A DNA stretch of 63,508 bases, filler included, from Bigelowiella natans CCMP2755 (GCA_000320545.1; 3 parts of 3 records of this genome joined end to end with filler, not necessarily neighbours in it); one strand, 5' to 3'. Counted from the whole stretch's first letter, positions 27,580 to 40,962 are shown. The notes: generated from the sequence alone by a model not told the origin. Program-made: numbers and translations.

Positions 27580-28523
27580 TTCCATTTAATTAAACAAAAG
27601 GACGAAGACCAACAGTACCAACGTTAGCAGCAGCAGCAGTAACACATCATCATAATGATGAGAAGCATTTTAGATATCACGTGATGATTTTGGAGAATTA
27701 CAACCTTTACGACCTACTCTAGAAGCCCAGGATGACTTGGCAGGAGCAGCACCACTTGCAATTGTTGATGATGTAGCAGCACCGAAAACGGAGGAGGATG
27801 AGGAGGACGATAAGTAGTTTGGATGATCATCCCTCCTTCCTTTCCTTCCTGCACTACGTCCGCCACCTCTACCATGTTGTCCTCTGCTACTATATCCACG
27901 CTGATTTCCATATCCTTCTCTTGTTGATATGTACGAGAATCCTTGTTGGCGGTATGTAATATCATTCTGAGACTTTCCATGAAAGGTTAAAGAGGTATTA
28001 TTATTATTATTATTATCCCTACTACTACTATTTATATTTAGATGCGTGGAAAAAGGAGCTGCTGGTCCAGATACTCCTCCTCCTCCTCTTCCACGCTGCT
28101 GAAATTGTCGGTAATTATCAGCGGGATGATAGCTACTGCTTTGTTCATTCGGTGTTGTCATATATCCTGCTCCCAATCCATTGGCGCCGCCTGTAGGATG
28201 ATGATGCTGATGCTGATGATGTCGAACAGCATTCCGGTGTTTCCAGGAAGAACCACCAACCACCCTCTGGGCATACGTTTTCTCACCACCGCCTTTTCTT
28301 TCATTCCGGGTGACGTTGGTAGCCTGATTAGAGTTAAATGATCCATATTAGCATAACAGTAAAATAACATTTTGTGCGATGTTGCCTTTTGTCGTTGCCA
28401 GGAGGGAATGAAGGGCCTCGCCTGGGCCCTCAGCTTGTTTGGAACGGGAGGCGTAGGATGTGGTAATTGTGATACATTTCCTTTTGTTTCAGTGTCTTCA
28501 CCTCCCTTATTTTTTTCCATCAT
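24197..28523 (-). CDS. PAM2-motif, RGG-rich protein with two MA3 (MI) domains, PDCD4-like; 3' end near or in the gap
   Basis: N-terminal NKLRAQARPFIPSW (PAM2-like) and RGRGGG/RGGGR boxes. MA3-1: FKKSVSEAAREYFQS...DVPDARRMLGEIV. MA3-2: FGQIIREFLASNDVKEVARSFIEM...QEMFQGFE...LLQILEELSMDVPDASDQL. Confidence 0.8.
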
Positions 28524-29119
28524 GGTCGGGACATACAGGGGGGGGGGTGACAAGGTCCTTTCTTGCTTTCTAGGGTTCAGTGCTTAGACTGAACTGAGGA
28601 TGGATTCCTCCGAAGCAGCAGTAGAAACGAGGCGATTTATTATTAGAACATGATACAAGGAAATGTCTTCATGCAGAAACACACTCCTTTCCAAGGGTTT
28701 TCATTAACTCGACCAGGTGTTCCGCTCATTACGGCGTAAAATATTCGAAATGAGTGATGCTTCGTTGAAAAACATGCTCCGTCATCATAATGGAAAGTAT
28801 TCATGATGAAATTCAAAGGCATATGTTAATTTGTTTCTGATTTATGACACTGATGGGTCTGAATGGTGTTCCAGCAAAGAAGTCGTCGATTATTTCGCGG
28901 AGGAAAGTTGAGTTTATTTCTTATATGTCGCAGGAAAGGAATATCATGAATTTTGCAATTCTTTCGTTTTAAAAGAGCGTAACATAATGCTGGAAAATCC
29001 ACAACATCAGGCAACGGAGCCCCAGTGAGGGTTCGTTAGGTCATAAATGTAGGCGTTTTATCATTAATATAGATGAAAATTGAAGTCGTAGTAGCATCGA
29101 TCTATAAGCACTTACTACA

Positions 29120-30483
29120 AGATCATCATCACCATCCTCCTCCTCCTCCTCCCGAACACCACCACCACCACAATCAGACGATGGCGACGACGACGACGAC
29201 GACGACTCTGAAGAGAGAGCAGATATTATGATACCTAACTGGTCTACTGTAGAGGTTAGCACTATAAATCATGCTCCTCTCCTAATAGTTCAGTACCCGT
29301 TGTATGTAAGTGAAAGACTGGTTTTGAGGCTGGTGGTGGTTGCTAGCTAGTAGTTATGTTAGTACACGCACTATGGCTGCAATAAGACAAATCTGCACCA
29401 CCACCACCAACAACAACAAATAGCTAAATAAACCTTATCAACCAGTTGACGAAGAAAAAGAATACAGACTATACCCATCACATTGATGGATTATGCGAAT
29501 ACAGGTTGCTGCCAATGGTCTAATGAGTCAAGTTTTGGAGACCAACAACATCGTTTGTCATCATCATTAGTAATATATATGATGATGATAACGGTGGTGT
29601 CTGTTCGCTTCTTCTATGTTCCAGCACATATCTTTTTGTTGTTCGTTTTTGCAACGCTTATCATTATCAAGGTCGAACACCACACACACAAACTTTTCTC
29701 CTTCAACGAGCCTTCATTTCTAAAAGAAAGGTGTTATCGATGCTTATTATTTTTCTAAGATATATTAATATTTTAGCATGTCACCATTGGTACGTACTTG
29801 TAGTGTTATTCTGCTGTGTGATTTTATTTTGTTTGTTTGTTCATCCATTCCGTCGTAAGAAGGTTGTGCCTCCTGGAGGAGGAGGAGGATATCAACCACA
29901 GTTGAAGAGGCCTAAATCCCAAAGGGCAAAACGTCATTACGGAAAGGTCAACACGTTGTGATTTGAGCTATGCGTAGCAATAAATTTAATATTCTTCTTA
30001 CAACATCCATGTCTTATATTGCTCTCTCCTAATTTCTTGCTTCGCCTTCTCTTTCTTTCTTCAATATCGTCAACACTCGCTGTGCTGTCCTGATCATTAT
30101 TAATAAGTTTTGACGAATTGTCATCAGATGGGATGGCTACCGATCAATACCACAAAAATACAGGAGGAAATCGATCTTGAGGCCAAAGATGAGGCAGAGA
30201 ACGTAGTTTTTCTCTTCTTCTTCTTCTTTTTATTCTCGAGGATCAGCATCTTATGTGTGCTTTCTCGCATTATTTGAAATACTGCTTGGCACCTCTGTAT
30301 TTGTGCTATAGTTTCCCAGTTTGGCCTACTATTCAACTGATTCTGCGGTGGCTAAGACGAACAATCTACAAGAATCTGAAAAAGAGCAGCTCATGGACAG
30401 ACTTAGGAAGAGAGACCAGTATAAGAACTTCGATTAAATAATTAAGAGGGAGGAGCAAGAGAGGACTGCTACATTGGAAATAT

Positions 30484-30525
<42 letters not shown>

Positions 30526-30544
30526 TATATATTGGGGGAAATAT

Positions 30545-30590
<46 letters not shown>

Positions 30591-30874
30591 TATATATTGG
30601 GGAGATCATCAGTCATCTAAATGAGCGATGATTATATTACAGATATATCATGGAACAGGAGTTTCACAGTGGATTATTCTCAAAGAGCGGCATTTTGGGG
30701 AAGATGAATGCAAGGAGAGGAAGGAGTGGTAGTAGTGACTACATGGCAAAGAGTAGTAGTACTGCTGCCTCCTCTCGAACATCCCTAGACAGGTGTGGAT
30801 ATGCATTTTGAGCAGGGGAGGAATGACTGGAAGCAGCTACAATAGAAGAACAACAAGAAACACCTAGCCGCTAA

Positions 30875-30915
<41 letters not shown>

Positions 30916-31776
30916 GTGTGGAAGCACGCACACCAGGAGAAAATTTAATAAATGAATGAGATGATGAATAGTAATTATAAATGGTTGATCTGTCGCCCCC
31001 TCGTCATTGTCGTGATGTATGCTTAGGGTAGAGCACGAGACTTCTGAACTCTTGATGAATCGACTTGAGAATTACCTGTTGTTGAAGGACAAGGTGCTCA
31101 GTTAGTGAGTCAGTTAGTCAACACTACATATGTTGATCAATATTGTTATACTGAACAATATCTTAACATCTTTATACAAAATAAAGATGAAATTATGTGA
31201 TGGGTGGATGTATTCATCTGGCCTTTTGACAACGATTAAGTATGGAATTATTCATTTAAAATGCTCATTTTCTTCATTCTTTATCATCCTAATTTTCATC
31301 ATCATCATCATCATCATTATTATTATTATTATTATCACAACCAGATTCAACACAAATTCACCCAAAGTCGTGAGAAAGAGCTTGCGAATTCACGGGAAAC
31401 ACTAGAGAAGGATTGTTCAGAATTTACTCTACTACGGCCGACATCTACAGCAGCAGGATCGGAAAACCGAATACCAGGTATTATGACTATGGAAACGAAG
31501 ATAAAGCGAAGAAGAAGGCTGCTGCGACCCGAGAGAAAGATTACAATTATCAATCAAATGAATAGCAGCAACTTAGATGATGATGAAAATGCTGCACCGG
31601 TATCATCAACTGGGATTGACCAGTCGGATAGAAAAATGAGCAAAAAATATACCAATGAGAAACGACAGAGTTTGAACGTAGTATCACCTGATTCATTACC
31701 AGCGGTTGCTGGAGGGATTGACGAAGACGAACACGGTAGTACGACTAGTTCAGGGACAGATGGAATCGCTACATAG
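29120..31776 (+). CDS. Hypothetical multi-exon protein; start not resolved
   Basis: Coding-like segments bounded by AG/GT ([26 protein letters not shown]; FDELSSDGMATDQYHKIQEEIDLE; YLKYCLAPLYLCYSFPVWP; last exon to stop 31776). No family was recognised. Confidence 0.45.
30478..30603. repeat. Tandem duplication of AAATATGTTG(AG)nGTTATATATTGGGG
   Basis: Two adjacent copies, each enclosing a GA microsatellite. Confidence 0.8.
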
Positions 31777-31855
31777 TTGAGGACAATCGAATTTCATTTA
31801 CAACCGAAGTTGTACATAGTTGAGGACAATCGAATTTCATTTACAACCGAAGTTG
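31770..31855. repeat. Perfect 43-bp tandem duplication spanning the stop codon
   Basis: TACATAGTTGAGGACAATCGAATTTCATTTACAACCGAAGTTG at 31770-31812 and 31813-31855. Confidence 0.95.
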
Positions 31856-32622
31856 TCATGCATAGTAAAGCATACATCCACATATAATCCAATCAGTGCC
31901 GATTGTGCACTGTGTGTCGCATGCGTATATACGTACACATGCCACACACACACTCAACGTCGTATGTACGCCATGTGAAAAAAGTCTAGACGACAGCGGG
32001 CTAGCCCCCGGCCTTTGACTGTCGTCTCGACTTTCTACGATACATCAAGCTCGTTTTCGAATAACTGATCACGTTTCGAGTAGTGCCATTGACATACAGG
32101 GCTCCCTGCTGTGCGATGCAGACAACTTGGACGCATTTTTGCTGCAGCCAAGCTAGCAAGCGCACATGTGGATTCATCAACAATTCATCGCGACATCTAT
32201 CTCGATTTTTATTTTTTCCCGTCCAACTACATGCTGATCTTGGCAAGTTATAGAAAGTAGCCTGTGGATGATGACGCTTCCAACGCAGCGTTCTAGATGT
32301 AGCAGCAGCTGCCATACAAATGCACAAACGCACGCGCAGTACGGTGGAGGGTGTGTCTTCCGCGTGTGCTTAATGAGTCGCTGTGAGAAGAAATGCATGC
32401 CTATCATTGAGAATAGACAACGTGGCGTGTTGCATGTGTTACCCTCTTAATGATGCGCCTCACAGGCATCGCTCTATAATTGCACTTTGCTAGATGTGTG
32501 CCATGCATGCACATATCACATACGATGGATATGTGTCATGCGTACGGTATGTCAAGTAAAATCATATAACATTGAAGTTGTGCATAGTATTATTTATTTA
32601 AGTCTGATGAACACCCGCGTGC

Positions 32623-34265
32623 TTATGTCTTAGCAGATTTTACAATTTCCAGCCTCGTGTCTAACATTGAGCTCCCTTCTTCCAGACAACTAACAACCAC
32701 TTTCGAGAATTCTTTTGGTAACTCCTCGTGAGGTACATGTCCGCACTTTGGTATTTTCCGGAGTTTTCCTCGTTGGCCGTGTCTTTCGAGTGTGGCAAGG
32801 AGCCTTCTTGATTCCGAGAAGGGTATCAATTTGTCCTCACCTCCGTGTATAATTGCGATTGGACACTCAACAAGGGAAAGCTTCGATTCAACCTTAACCC
32901 CCTGCTGAACACGCGTCATTTCTAGCAAAGCCTCATCCCAATTCTGCACCTTAAGCAGGTTCTTGTAGGTTTGAAGGACATCTTCAGTCAGATTTTTCTT
33001 GTCAAAATAAGATCGTCTAAGGAGCAGTTCTCCCATCTCCGACCGGACAAGATCTGTTACAATACTTTTACCGAGTCTTGTTCGAAAGAGGGATTGAATG
33101 AATGTGGGAAAACCACTTGTAAAGATGGCGGGAGAAATTAATACCACCATATCAACACGCTTAGGTCTCATAGCAGCTGCTAGAACAGCCAAAGCTCCCC
33201 CGGATCCATGACCAATGAATGTCGCTCTCTTAATATTAAGATAATCCATCAATTTAAAGAGAAGCATCAGAGAATATCGCTGTGTGTAAGGGTTATGTTC
33301 CCATTCTCCTGCTGAAGGCCTGGAAGTCAATCCAAAGCCAGGTCTATCAAAGGCAAGGATGCTTGACTTGTGCTGCTGCTGTAGTCTATCCCACGATTTC
33401 TTCCAAGAAAAGACACTTCCTCCAAATCCATGTAAAAGTATCAGCGCAGGTTTTTTGGGATCTATTTTTGCTTCTGTAAATCGATAGTGGACAACGATGC
33501 CTTCAAAATTGACAAAACTACTATGCTCATCAGCCAAAGACTTTGGCAAAATTCCATCAGGCATAGACTCTAAGCGCTTTCGGGGATAAGAGGGGGCTGG
33601 CACACTGACGATGGAGGCTTCAATATCTTCCTCTTCCATGGATGTGTCTGGAAGTTTTTCATAGTCATACCGCCTCAATGATGCAGCAGCAGCAGCAGCA
33701 GTAGAGACGTTCTTCTTTCGCGGCGGAACACTAATTCGCCGTCGCCGTACACATCCATATAGGAAATAGGATGTAATAGACATGCAAAGACTGTACAAAG
33801 TCATTGACAATGCTGTGGTTTCCGGAATGCAGAATACCAACTTGATACTTAAAAAAACCGCTGAGAAAGCAGTAAGCGTTGTAGCAGTAATGAACGTTGA
33901 ATGGTAAGTTTGGTATTGATACGCAAAACAGATAAATAGAAGAGCATTTCTTACAGTTGATAACAGCATTACAAATATCACACTTTTTGCGAAATCGTAA
34001 TGTGTAATCTCGGTCTCAACAAAGCTGCCTTCGTTCATTACATGCTCTATGAAAAGCGTCAACATGACCACGAAGTCAAGGACTACTACAAGGCGCAGGA
34101 GGGATGAATACACGTAGCAAGCCAAGCAAGTCATTAAAAACCAACAATGACTGCAGCAACGTTCAAATCCTCCATCATCAGGGCAGCATACTGGATCATC
34201 ATCTAAAATATAATGACGAGTTGTTAGTGAGGAATAAACCCCCCCCCCCCCCCACCTCATCCTCT

Positions 34266-34311
<46 letters not shown>

Positions 34312-34742
34312 ATGTGTGCGTATGTGTCGGCATCATATTGAGCACACATGTAGCGGTGCCGTAAACTCTTTTTATGGCACCATCATCACCACTTTCTTTC
34401 TTCCCCCTTGCAAGTTTTGTGTGTAATAATATATTGTGTGTCGGGCAGAGTCTCTTGTTAATTTAAGAATAAAGACCACTACGTCTTTAATTCCCTTTTA
34501 AAGTGAGAAGATACTATATGGTTTGTTTTTGTTATTTGTGTTTCAACTACTGCTACTATTAACGTACCAATCTCAGAGAGAAGGTTGGGATCAAATTCTG
34601 CGGGATTTAGGTCGATACTTCTAGAACTGGGACGTTTGAGTTCTTCTTCAATATCATCATTATCATCATCGTCGTCATCATTATCAAGATAATGCCCATC
34701 GAGGCTTTGCGTCCGATTCCTGCTCTTTCTATCCGGGTTCAT
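32623..34742 (-). CDS. Membrane-anchored alpha/beta-fold hydrolase with N-terminal MENTAL-like multi-TM domain; intron 34203-34567
   Basis: LILLHGFGGSVFSW, AFDRPGFGLTSRP, FIGHGSGG, HGGEDKLIP and CGHVPHEE motifs follow a TM region containing ETEITHYDFAKSVIFVMLLSTVR. Confidence 0.88.
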
Positions 34743-35938
34743 TCTCGATAGTAGTAGCGGAGTGTGAGATAGATTTTTTATATGTAAATCATGCGTTCTC
34801 TCTCGCTGCTTCACTGATGATTTGCCCTATTAATCGAGTATTCCTGCCTGGATCAAAGAATTCTAATCATATGACGTCTCCCCATCATCATATTTATCAA
34901 ACGAATCCTCGCACGCACCAATTTATTACAAAACAGATGTCCCACCACTCAATCAGGAGTGATCGACTGATCGATATCACACCTTCAAGACATAAAACAA
35001 ACAATTTACTGAGCACATTGTTCGTTGTCAAGGGATCCTTCTTGTAAATAATAACACACGAGCAGTCCCCTGGGCAACTACGAATCGCCCTTCACAGCTG
35101 CTGGTTTCCTGGTTCGTTTAGTCTTGTTCCCTCTCCGTGACTGACGCAAAGTGCGACTTAGGTATTCACATGTCGTAACATCAAAACTTACCTAATTTTT
35201 CGATTCATGTATTCATCCCTCGAAAATTTCGCATGCGATGCTTCCAATGACACAAAATATAGTTGATATTTTTTGTGAAAGACATGATGGAAAGGACATT
35301 TCAGTCAAAAAATAGTCACAATTTCCGATGTCACTTCTCATCTACGTGTTACTATTGCTCGTAGATCAGTTGTGTTGTTTTCCAAACAAAATAATACTTC
35401 GGCTACATCTCACTCAATTGACGCAGCTCAATCTCACAAAATCTGGTCATTGAGTGCTAAAAAGGTAGGTCAGAGCAGGAGGAATACAAGGTTTACGAAA
35501 TATTAATCGCTGTTTGTCTCAATTTTCAGCAATATCAGTTTCGACCGGAGCCTTGCCAGTAACGGTCGGCATTGAATTTTTTACTGTTTATCTCCTGCAT
35601 TCAATTGTAAAAAATATGTGAAACTTGATAAATCTGATATGAAGGGCCTACGACGTTATGATGAAACGTGTCGGTTTATATCGCCGATAGTCTAAAGAAA
35701 ACGAAAGATTGACTACAAATTCAAAATACGACATACAAAAGAAGATGTCGTAGATAGAAACTAAAGGAGTGTCAAAATTTGCACCAGACTTTCCTCGTTT
35801 GTCCGCACCCCCGCGTAATTATCTTTTCTATTTTTATTGTCGTATATAAATAAACTCCTACATTTGAGATGTAATTTGGAGCTGATTTGTCCATTCGAGG
35901 AGGAAACACCATTAAACACAGTCAAGAACCATCTCACC

Positions 35939-38900
35939 ATGGAGGCTGCCTTCTTACGCCGCCTCCTCACGGTCCTTGCGGTCCTGCATCTCAACTACAA
36001 TGTTTCTGCAGTTCCTGTGGGAAGTAATACCTTTAGTTATATGCGTTGTTTTTCATAGATGAAAAAAATAATAGTGCCATTCAAATAGAGAGATCTAGAT
36101 CAGATCTCTATATTTTTATCTTACCAAAATAATAACAGCAAAAAATAGTTGCTAAGACACGATTACCCTTTAACTAACTTTCTTGATATTGATCAGTGAC
36201 AATTGGGAACATTACAACGTGTACGGCCTTCCAGAATGGTACAACATGGGGACATGAAGACTCTAGAGTAATCACAATCACAGCCCGTGACATCACTGGC
36301 TCTGTAAATCCTCCTAGCGGCACACCCGATATATTTGTGGTCGATATGTTCACACATAATCCAGTTTGCACCCCTACTCTAGCAACGCCAAAATGCGTTG
36401 TGAATTGTGCTCCATTCGAGAGGCCACACAATAAGAATCCTTCGTGTATGTCACGACCTCGTCTGCCATATCCACTACGGGATGCCCAAACTCAGTGGGT
36501 CACTGCGACAGCTGTTCATACAGGAGGCGGATATTACCGTGCGTACGTTGAGCCTGAAATCAAAGATAGATATGACATTGACGTTGCTCTGATGAAGCAG
36601 GGTGGGTTGAACGCATACTACTTCGACAATGTTTGGCTAATTGATACTCCCGATATCGTTCGTGTTGATTCGACTATCAATTTCAACTGGGGTGATGGTG
36701 TTATTACAACATACGGTAAAGATTACATAAGTGTGCGATGGAGTGGTAAACTCAGGGCGGACTTCACAGAAATGTACTACATTTTTGCAAAAGCAGATGA
36801 TGGTGTCCGTGTTTGGGTTGATAAACAACTCATTATTGACCAATGGAGTACATGCTGCAACGAAACTTGGAATACTGTCAATCTAGTCAAAGACCATATG
36901 CATGACATTATTGTTGAATACCAAGAACTCAAGGATCAGGCAATGATTGAGCTTAGGTGGGCTAGCAACAGTGTTGCAAAGCAAATCATCCCCCAGAATC
37001 ATCTGTATTACAGAGACTACACTTGTAACACTCCTTATAACAACTTTGTATTTGAGCACGGTCCTCCTGTCCATCATCTTGATAGACGTCACCAGGAAAT
37101 TACCATTGGTCCGAGCCTTTATCCAAATGCAAACTTTACATATGCATACAACTACGTTACTAACGTCACAGGGAATGTCACAGAATACTCGACAGGTCTA
37201 AATTTTACCACAGTTGGAGCATCTTCTGGCTTTCGTGTGCAGTTGCACGACATTTTCAACAACTCTCTTGAAGTTTTCTCCAAGGAGACGGAGGAGACAA
37301 TGAAGTTTGAATTCAGCCCTGCTTCTTCGGGTGCTGATTTCACGGGTGATGAAGATGTGTCACACTATCATAATTCGATGAAGTGGTGGCCAGTCAATGA
37401 GGAAGGACTCTGGCAATTCAATTACACTGGGCAAAAATCTGGAGCTTATCATCTTGAAATATCCACCAATGATACGGGCCCTTGGGATCCTATTCTCAAA
37501 TCGCCTTTTTATATCAACTCAAGCTGTGCTGCATCCAAAGTGTCTAGTTCTTACTACTTTGGAAAGGGCTCGGAAACGGCAACTGCAGGAAAGACAGCCT
37601 TTTTCTATATTCAAGCACAGGATCAGTTTGATAACAACCGAACAACATACGGGGACAATTTGTGGGTCGTCTTCACTGGCCCGCAGCCTTTACACGCATA
37701 CCTCGAATACGTCGATACAGGACTTTATCGTGCTATGTACACTGCACAGAAGGAAGGAACATACAGCATGAAGATATGGATGAATGAACAAGTGCTGCCT
37801 GGCACTCCAACCAATGTTGTAGTTTCCGAAGCTGCTGTGTACTACCCATATTGTACCATTTCCGGACCCAATCTTCAAGCGGCAACTGCAGGATTGAACG
37901 TTTCGCTCACTCTAGATTACGTGGATGTTTTCAATAATTCTATTGACATCAATACTGCGCCACCTGTTTCCCTTCAAATTATTGGTCCTGCACCTTACAA
38001 CACTACACGGGACGTAACTGGTATGATTGTGGTGTCTTCGTCGGGAGATCATGTGATCTCCTACAAGCCAATCCTCACTGGTACGTTCAGTCTTCATGTT
38101 CGCGTGGCTGGTGAAGATGTCCTCAATTCTCCTTTCAGCCTCAAAGTTATTCCAGGTGCTATTGCATCGTGGAAAACAACTGCCAAGGGAGACTTAATCA
38201 CTGGATCAAGATACGCATACGTGCAAAAAGAGTCCGCAATCTACGTTCAGGCCAAAGATTCTGAGGAGAACCTTCTCGACCAAGACGTCTCTGCAAACAT
38301 TACAATGACCTTACAATGCGGATCTGATGTAAGAACTGGCACTACTTCATATACAGGGCGTCATGGGTTGCATAAGGTGGTTATCACACCGACAAAGAAG
38401 GGAGCTGCTTGCACTGTGAAAGTTCTTGTAAGAGGAGTCGAAATTCCGCACAGTCCATACACTGTCAAAGTCTTCCCATCTCAAGCTCACCATAACACCA
38501 GTGTTGTCGAGCAAATCACGTCGGGTACTGCTGGTGTTAACATTGAGTTTGATATCACAGCTGTGGATGAAATGGGAAATAATCTCGACGAGGATACAGC
38601 TACCAGCACCTTCGTTGCTGATGTTTACGGCCCAAATTACGACCTGGCAACCTCCCCATATCTTGCTATGGCCAACATTACAAATTCTGGAAACGGTACA
38701 TATCATGCAGATTGGAAACCAACTGAGACTGGAACATACAAGACTTACGTGCACCTCCTGAAAGATGGTGTTGGACTTGTTGGAAAATACTATACTGATA
38801 TGTACTTGACAGAGAATAACTTTTACGTACAAAGAATTGACCGCAATTTCAACTTCGACTGGGAACTTCGTAATCCTTTCGGTAACGATTTGATCTATCC

Positions 38901-40962
38901 TACCGAGTATTGGAGTGCTATGTGGTACGGACGGTTCAAAGTACCCGTAAGTGAAACTTTCCGAATCACTGCCAGTATCGATGCCAACTGCGGAGTTCGT
39001 TTGTGGCTTGACGATAGCAAAAGTGGCATTGTGATGGCACGTAGCTTTCAGGAATACGCAGCAACGAAGAAAGCTCTCATTGACGAATATGACCCTTATC
39101 AAGGGGGTACCGATGTTTTTGCGGACATTCTTTTGAATAAAGACACCTACTATCACATTTTGATCCACTACCGTGATTACGTGGGAAAAGCCAGTCTTAA
39201 GTTGTATTGGGAATCTCCTTCAACCCCAAAGTCCATCATACCTGCCTCTGCTTTTAGCACCTTCCGAAATGTCACCGCCCCGTACGATGTGACTATTACG
39301 AATGCTGCGAGCTTCCACAATACTAGTACCACTCACAGGACAGGAGACCTTAATCTGACTTATGCCAAAATTGAAAGTAAAGGAATTCCGACTAAACCTG
39401 TCAAAGCGGGTATCGACTTCGATTTTACAATTCAGCTAAGAGATCAATTTGGAAATCTGCAGATGAATGGAGGAGAAACTGCAGACCTTGAGGTAAAGGA
39501 TAGCGGTGATTAGTGTACAAATATAATGAATCTTAATCGTCGTCATGAACTCCTAACCTTCTTCGGTTTATGTATGGAATGTACTCTAATTCTCTTTGTT
39601 TGTTTTTCAAGGTGAAACTTGTTGAAATCCACAATTTCTTTACTGTGCAGTCGAAGCCTATTACAGACAATAACAATGGCACTTACCATGTAGTCATCGA
39701 GCCTACCCTTGTTGGTGACCACCTTCTTTATGTGACGTACAAGGGTAAGAACTTGAAAGGAAGTCCATGGGAAATCCATGTTGATCCTGGAAACGCCTAT
39801 GCGCCTACTTCTTGGGCACAAGGCACTGGGTACAACAATGCTACGGTCAATTTTGAAGCCCGTTTCTACATCTATGTGCGAGATATGGAGAGCAATATGC
39901 GGCAGTCAAAGGACACCGTTACAGTCGTTACGAGCGGACCGGTGACCTTACCGGTTGCTGTTGAATATGTTGGAGGGGGTGTTTACAATGCGACTTACAC
40001 GCCTGTTACCAAAGGGACCTACACTTTCCAAGTGTACATCAACAAGAAGAAACTCAACACCACTTCCACTGTGCAAATTGCTCCTGACATTGCTTCCGCT
40101 GTTGACTCGTCTTTTACCACAACAAACGGCACAGGTAACTCATAACTCATAACATTCAAAAATTGCCGACACACACTAAAGCCTAAAAAGTTCATATGAA
40201 AACTCGAAATGAAAGTGGGATGTTAAGCAAAGCAGCAACAACAGCATCAAATTCTTTTTTATCTTAGGTCCTTCCACTAGTGTGACGATTCAAACGACCG
40301 ACAATCAAGGAAATAACCTAAATGGAGGTGGACATCACTTCTTCTGTGAGGCAGTCAAGACCTATGACGGGACCAAACGGAGGGGAATTGTCACTGATAA
40401 CACTGATGGAACTTACTCCGTAGCGTTTGCTCTTCCCAATACAGAAGGGGGCATTCACATGGTGAACCTCTATTTAGCTAAAGGCAAAGATGGCATTGGT
40501 GATGGTCTTACTGCTAAGTATTACACCAATCCTTGGTTGAGTGGACAACCTGTTCTAACCCGAGTAGATCCTTACATCAACTTCAACTGGGGAATTGATC
40601 TCATAACGCCAACTGCGAAGGATTATGTCAGTATTGAATGGACGGGGTACATTATGCCCAAGTACGCTGAAACGTACGATTTCTCAATTCTCAGCGACGA
40701 GGGTCTTCGTCTGACTATTGACCATACGTTAATAATTGACAAGTGGCTCGATAGTGCAAATACGTTTACTGGAAACTACACTTTCCCAACCGCGAACCTG
40801 CTTTATCCATTCAAGTTGGAATGGAGAGACACTGTTTTCACTGCAAGGTGCCACATGTCATGGTCTTCAACTTCTCAAGGGATGGAGCTTGTTCCTCAAA
40901 ATGCCCTATTCAGTCACGCTACGCATATCACAGGCAGCCCAATTCGAGTTAAACGCTCGTAA
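35939..40962 (+). CDS. Large secreted filamin(ABP280)-repeat protein with three PA14 domains; exons 35939-36023, 36197-39492, 39612-40134, 40268-40962
   Basis: Signal peptide MEAAFLRRLLTVLAVLHLNYNVSA. PA14 motifs GLxAxY...RVD..INFNWG...SVRWSG...ADDGVR. Filamin motifs AG....F.IQA.DQF.N, D...GTY.V.Y.P...G.Y and G.....SP..V.V. Many N-x-S/T sequons and no C-terminal TM. Confidence 0.9.

Noticed and set aside
38347-39168. 273-aa minus-strand ORF
   Set aside because: Antisense shadow of the filamin/PA14 exon.
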